In this document: positions 58,901 to 64,000 of the stretch, piece after piece
Layout: each line of letters starts with the position of its first letter
How positions within the stretch are numbered: position 1 is the stretch's first letter
Origin: Takakia lepidozioides
Lineage: Eukaryota; Plantae; Bryophyta
Reading direction: 5' to 3'
NCBI GenBank assembly: GCA_030704615.1
Contig: CM060732.1
Span: 43,400,001-43,464,000 of the forward strand
DNA: 64,000 bases
Position numbers and translations under genes: made by a program
Notes under the pieces: generated by a model
What the model was told of the DNA's origin: nothing
Database searches by the model: none
The model's input: the letters and a program-made list of their open reading frames with translations, nothing else

Positions 58901-61554
58901 TGCACCCTTAGATCCTAACCAGGTGAATTCATATACTCGCTTAAGAATGACTCAGACAAAGAAGTGAATGTCGTCAACGACATTCAATCTGGATCTAAGA
59001 TTGCAATCCATATGAAGCCACAATTTTTCCCAAAAAAACAGTAGAGTTTCAAGTATGACATTTCACCTGTACACAACTCGCATCATGGCCCACTCTCCTC
59101 CAACCTGACTGTCAAAGTCGTTGGACCGTAAAATGTTACCATCTTTGGAGAACTCCCGGAAAAAACAGTATCTCCAGGTGAGACCTCTCCACTTCCTTAT
59201 GTATGCCTCCAATGACATTTGGGGAGGGGAAACAATCGCAATGTTCAGGTCCTTCAAAGTCTGATCCAGCACAATGACGGCGCGCTTTTCGAGCTGCAAA
59301 TAGTATATTTGTCAGAATTGCAAAAAAGAAACACATCACATACTTGAAGAGAAGAAACAGCATGTTCGAATACACACCTGACTCCAAAATGTAGCCTTGT
59401 GGAGCCAGTTATCAAACACCAAATCACTGATTCCTTCCACCTTTGTGCCAGGCTGTATGGTGCTCTTTGGGAACTGATTCAAGTCCTTTACTGTTTGATC
59501 TGAGTTCCATATCTCCAGCCACCTTATTTTTGTTTGTGGGTCGACCATCGATATGGCCAGCCGGTGCAATTTCTCCTGCTGCATCTCCGGATGCACATGC
59601 TTGTCATAGTGTGTTTTGATCTGCTGAAGGAACTCAGGACCAAGTCCAGGATCTACTATTCTAAGCTGCTTTCCGAAGGCTGACATCAATTTGGTTCTTC
59701 GCATCTCAAACTCCTTCTTTATTGCAGCTTCCACACCCTTTGATGTCCTTAGTTCCTCTGGTGTAGTGCGGTAATATTCGGATTTTCCCTTCTCAGCTGC
59801 CTCTGCCAGTTCTTGCTGCATTCATTCAAGTAGTGATTAGCTCCGAAGGGACTCTAAACATGTATTCGAAAAGTAAACAGATTACAGACTCGGGCTTACC
59901 GCATACATGTACTCCAGAAACGCCTCTCGTGTCAAAGAATACCAAGTGCCTGCAGCTCTTCCTGTTTCGCACTTCTTGATGATATTGGGTGGTAGTACTG
60001 TCCGAAAATCATCCAGCTTCATCAGACCAATCCTCTGAATTCGGAATAGTGTGTGAACCAAGCTTGTTGTCACATGCGATTTCTCTGTCGATCTGCAAAA
60101 ACATTGAAAACATTGCATTCCTTAACACTGTTTTTTGAGGATCAACAAGACACTACAGAGGGAATCAAATCTCCTGGATGACTTACTTGTTCACGTCGTG
60201 CATAGCTGTAAGAAGCCTAGCGATGTCGTTTCCTGGATCCAAAACCATTGCCTCCACAGCAACATGCTTGTCTTTGTCTTTCGAATGGTGTTTCTGAATG
60301 TATCCCATCCATGCCAGCAATCGGTGGTTGCCGTCCCAGACGTAGAACATGTGGTTGCAAAATTGCTGGGTGTTTTTTCCCATCATGAGGCCCAGCTCGA
60401 ACTCCTCATTGGCATCTTTCCAGCACTCATCCCAGTTATCACTGATCTCTGGAGAAACTAATGTGCTTTTCCCATTTATATCCGTCAGTGACACATAAAA
60501 AACTTGTGCACCAAGTCTATATCCATGCACAAAATCACTCTCCAATTTTGTTATGTCATGGGAAAGAGGTGGACGCACAACAGGCATTGATATCATCCGG
60601 CACAGAGGTATGTCCAGACGCCCTCCAGATACGAGCATGTCCCTTATAACCTCCTGAGAGTTTACCTTCTGGAATGACATGAGTTCTTTCACCTTGTCAA
60701 GGTAGTGCACTTCGGATTCATCTGCTTCATCTGTATTCTCTGAGCTTTTTGCGGACTCGTCCCCATCTCCAGATCCTTTCCCCTCTGATCCTGTAGGCTT
60801 CGACCTCACAGTTTTCTGCACGATGCCATTCAGTTCTGACTAAGTGATTTGCAAATAGTGAATGGCGGTAACGACAATCACTCTGTATCAAGGAAACTCA
60901 CCATGAATGGTGTGAAAGAATTCAGCACAATCTACACATGCAAAGCCGAGACTGCCGTATTCAAAACAAAAGTGAGAGCGATAGCGAACGGCGTTAACGA
61001 CAATCACAAAAGATAACAACCTGCCGGATCGGTGTTGTGTAATGACATATATGTGCAACTGATTGGCGGCAACGACATTCAGTGTAGTTTAGGGAGAATA
61101 GTAAGTGCAGACTCTCTCTTCAAACACATAGGTACATAAATCTCATGAGCAGAATCGAATGGCGTTAACGACGCTCGCGATTCAGTAGTTCCTGCTAAAG
61201 AATGGAAGAGGAAGGACTCCTTGAAAGGCAATCACACAGACTATATGATAAAACTTACTGGCACCTTCTTAGGTTTTGAAATTTGATCCCCTTCTGCAGC
61301 TTTCCTCTTCCCTCTCACATCTGCTGGAGTTTCTGTCTGCGCAAGGGTTTCTTGACCTTCTTCAGGTTGGCGTTCCGCGTGCTTCCACCTTCTTCAGTGT
61401 CCCTGCGATTCATCTCTGCCTCCACAGGCTGGCGCACTCTTATCGCCGACTGTGTCGCAGCCGCTGCCTCAGTCTCCGTCTGCTCTTGTGAATCAGTCTC
61501 CGCGTTCACCTGCTGCCTTGGCCCTGTGTTCTCCAACAAACGACGCCTCGTCAT
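55918..61554 (-). CDS. Element C cargo gene: ParB/Srx-like domain plus beta-class DNA amino-methyltransferase-like domain, ~10 exons
   Basis: IPLCRMISMPVVR..YVWDGNHRLLAW (60183-60821); ADIVILDIPDG..NNFLSDAGTLLLF (56883-57362); GAKEKSPAFMQILLESCSHRSARVVDLSVSTG then ATYHACKAGGRSLFGMEGD; last exon FDSPLSNFLLPVYA ending in TGA at 55918-55920. Confidence 0.8.
58260..58990. repeat. Intronic cluster of the C palindrome TGAATGTCGT-CA-ACGACATTCA (7 copies)
   Basis: Copies at 58263, 58369, 58530, 58638, 58733, 58844 and 58965. Confidence 0.88.
60855..61180. repeat. Second intronic cluster of degenerate C palindromes (4 copies)
   Basis: TGAATGGCGGTAACGACAATCA 60859; CGAACGGCGTTAACGACAATCA ~60986; TGATTGGCGGCAACGACATTCA 61060; CGAATGGCGTTAACGACGCTCG ~61156. 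Confidence 0.75.
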
Positions 61555-62269
61555 TTTCTCTCTTGCTCTGCGTCTCTCTCTAAGGGAAGTAAAATAAAGA
61601 GACTTTCTTCTCTTTCGTATTCTAGAAGGAACCCTTCCAGCTTGACTACCACTCTCCCTCTAAGCGCGAAAAGTAGAAAAACGCAGTGACTCCCGATTTC
61701 TTGCGGGATTGCCTGTGTTCTTGCGTGTCTCTAGAAGCATCGGATTCCCTCCCGCGTGACCGTTACACATAGTCGTTTCGTTATTAGTGCACATGCCAGC
61801 AATTGGTGTACAGCTGTTCGTATTCAGTTATGGATGTCTGACGTGTGCCGCCCAAAACAAAACGGCGTGTTCTAAATTATAACTGGTTCAATATTTAAAA
61901 AGAACAGCGAATCCCAGAAATTGATGCGCAGTCTTAAACAAATAAATATAAATGAACGAGAGTTTGATGACAAATTTTGGAATATCATACACGGTCATCC
62001 TTGTTATCCAAACCCCACATTCGTTGCACATTTGGAACTTTCCAGGTGCGCATGATCATTGGTAGTAGTATATAGATACATTTACTTAATCTGCAATCCC
62101 ATTCTCGGATCCTGTGGCATGCTTCCAGGAAGTCGGCTTTGTTATTGGGTTTATTGATGAGGTTCTGATTAACGGTTTAACAGTTGCCGACACTGCCCCT
62201 ATGGATTCTCTGACCACTGGGCCCACAAGAAAAGTAATGGGAAGTTGGTGAAATATTGTTTCCAAAACC

Positions 62270-64000
62270 GTGATGAGACGGCTCATATCAGAGTGGAGAG
62301 TGCGTCCTGGTCGATACAGAGTACTTGGAGAGCCTCGGCGAAAGTCCCTTGGGTCATATGTGACGCCCGGGACTGCTGCTTCGGTCGTTGAAGACAAGAG
62401 GGAGGTGGTGGTGAAAAAAGAACAGACTTCCTCCACTCCAATCGTTGAGCTTTCGGATTCTTCCGATGATGACATAAGTGAAATTCCAAATCCAGTCCTT
62501 CCTACTGTGGTTGCAGAAGCTGATGAAGAAGAGATTTGTAGTGTCATTCCAAAATTGCGGGCGATGGGAGGAATGGCTGGATTCAAAAGTGAGTTGCGGG
62601 GAATTGATTGGGAATCTTTGAAGCAGGTGCCTGTGAAGTTCTTGCCGGAGACTTTTGATGGCGATATCCTATTCGAGCTGCCTCCTCCTCCGCGAGTTGG
62701 AGGTGTAACAATCATGATGCATGGAATGGACAAGAAACACGACGGGCACCCGTGGTGCAGAACAAAAACATCCAATATTCAGAATGATGACAAGCTTGTT
62801 TTCAGGAGGACAGTTTGCAATGGACACCTTAGGTGTGATAATTTGAATTGCAGACACTTTCTTCAGTCTGGAGTTCATAATCAAAGCGAATGGGAGGGTC
62901 TGGCGGAGAATCCATTTCAGCCTGGGACTGCCCCTCCACCGGCAAACACTTTCGTCTGCAAATTCTGCAAACTTGTGCCATCCTGCTTGGCGCTCTACGG
63001 AGCAAGAATGTACTATGTTGTCCACCGTTTGAATACAATGACGAGAGCTTGTGTGCATTTTGGATTCCATAACCATCCTGTCTTGAAGGGGGATTACAGG
63101 GAGAGTGTTGAGACAGTATCGAGGTTGATCAAACAGGAGTTCGGGAGAAACCCATCCGCAACAACATCTGCAATTGCTCTTGGCGCAAGCAAGTCCTTCT
63201 TGGAAAGCCATATTTTGAGTGAAGGAGATTCTGTGGGGACTAAACTTGACGGTGCAGCATTGGACCTGGTCATGGATCATTTCTCCACTTTAAGTTCACC
63301 TAACATTCGGCATCAGATCAATGCATTGAGAATGGGCTCTGGGATCAGAGGCTACATAGACAATATTTTGGAATTGAAACGACTGAGCAAGTACGATTAC
63401 ATCCAGGACAATGTATTCCCAGGTCAAGGTGCCATCAAAGTTTTTCTTTTCAAAATGTCGACTGTTGGGGATGGCAGTGGGGTTAGCCTCGTGAAGCGGA
63501 TGCAGAAGACTGGGGACTTGCAGAACTGTTTTCTTATGTTTGATCATGTGAAATGAGTGAAGGATTGGACGACAATGGCTTGTCATGTCTACGATCCAGT
63601 GTACCAACGAGTTATGACAATTGCAGTTTGTGACATGCAATCCGAGGATACGGAATCCCAGAAGCTCATGTGGAATTCCCTGATACGTGTCATGGGCTGC
63701 CATGGGCTGCCATCTCCAAATTTCGCAGGTTTCATGGCGGATAGTGCTCAAGCAAATTTCAATGCTATTCGTATTGTCTTCAGATCGGGCGACCCAAAAG
63801 TGCCTATGCCAGGAAGAGAGCGTACATGTCTATTCCATTGGACACAATCTCTGGAAAAACATACAAAGTCGGACATCAAACCAGAGATGCAGACTCAGCA
63901 CCGTAAATTGTGCAAAGAGTACAAAGATGCTAGAACAATGAAGGAGGCGGACACTTTGTTCCAGACAATTCGTGCCTGGTGGTTCTCTTCTGGAGCTGCA
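62270..64000 (+). pseudogene. Element C transposase (GCM-like zinc finger plus Mutator-like DDE), in-frame TGA at 63554-63556, runs off the window
   Basis: Collinear with the A transposase: MDKKHDGHPWCRTKTS, FPGQG..FLFKMST.G.GSGV.LV.RM, MFDHVK*VKDW, GFMADSAQAN, ERTCLFHWTQSL. Confidence 0.85.

Larger units (their letters stand above)
55222..64000. mobile_element. Element C: third, more diverged family member in the un-rearranged layout (end - cargo gene <- promoter -> transposase); runs off the window
   Basis: TGAGC repeats and CCGCGGATTGG near 55235-55390; ParB-MTase gene on -; transposase on +; own palindrome; left boundary approximate. Confidence 0.72.

Overview
This is a eukaryotic window (spliceosomal introns, Ty3/Gypsy and CACTA elements), most likely from a non-seed land plant, and it consists almost entirely of nested transposons. 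The main result is three diverged members (A ~3313-23660, B ~38331-43133, C ~55222-64000) of what appears to be an uncharacterised large Mutator-like DNA transposon family. The complete unit (A after undoing an inversion, and C) pairs a WRKY/GCM-type zinc-finger DDE transposase head-to-head with a multi-exon gene fusing a ParB/Srx-like domain to a beta-class N4C/N6A DNA-methyltransferase-like domain. B is an internally deleted copy. Each member has its own version of a 20-bp palindrome (GAA-N3-CG-N4-CG-N3-TTC), found in arrays and introns. In A and B the copies are spaced at near-integer helical turns (53, 63-64, 74 bp). A is scrambled by a 12.3-kb inversion with 8-bp microhomology and by Gypsy insertions. 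Also present: a CACTA end carrying an FCP1-like phosphatase/Tnp1-domain gene, four Gypsy segments (one chromovirus), a piggyBac-like MITE, a Ulp1-protease-bearing element, and a polyphenol-oxidase-like exon. All homology calls come from motif recognition by eye; no database search was run.
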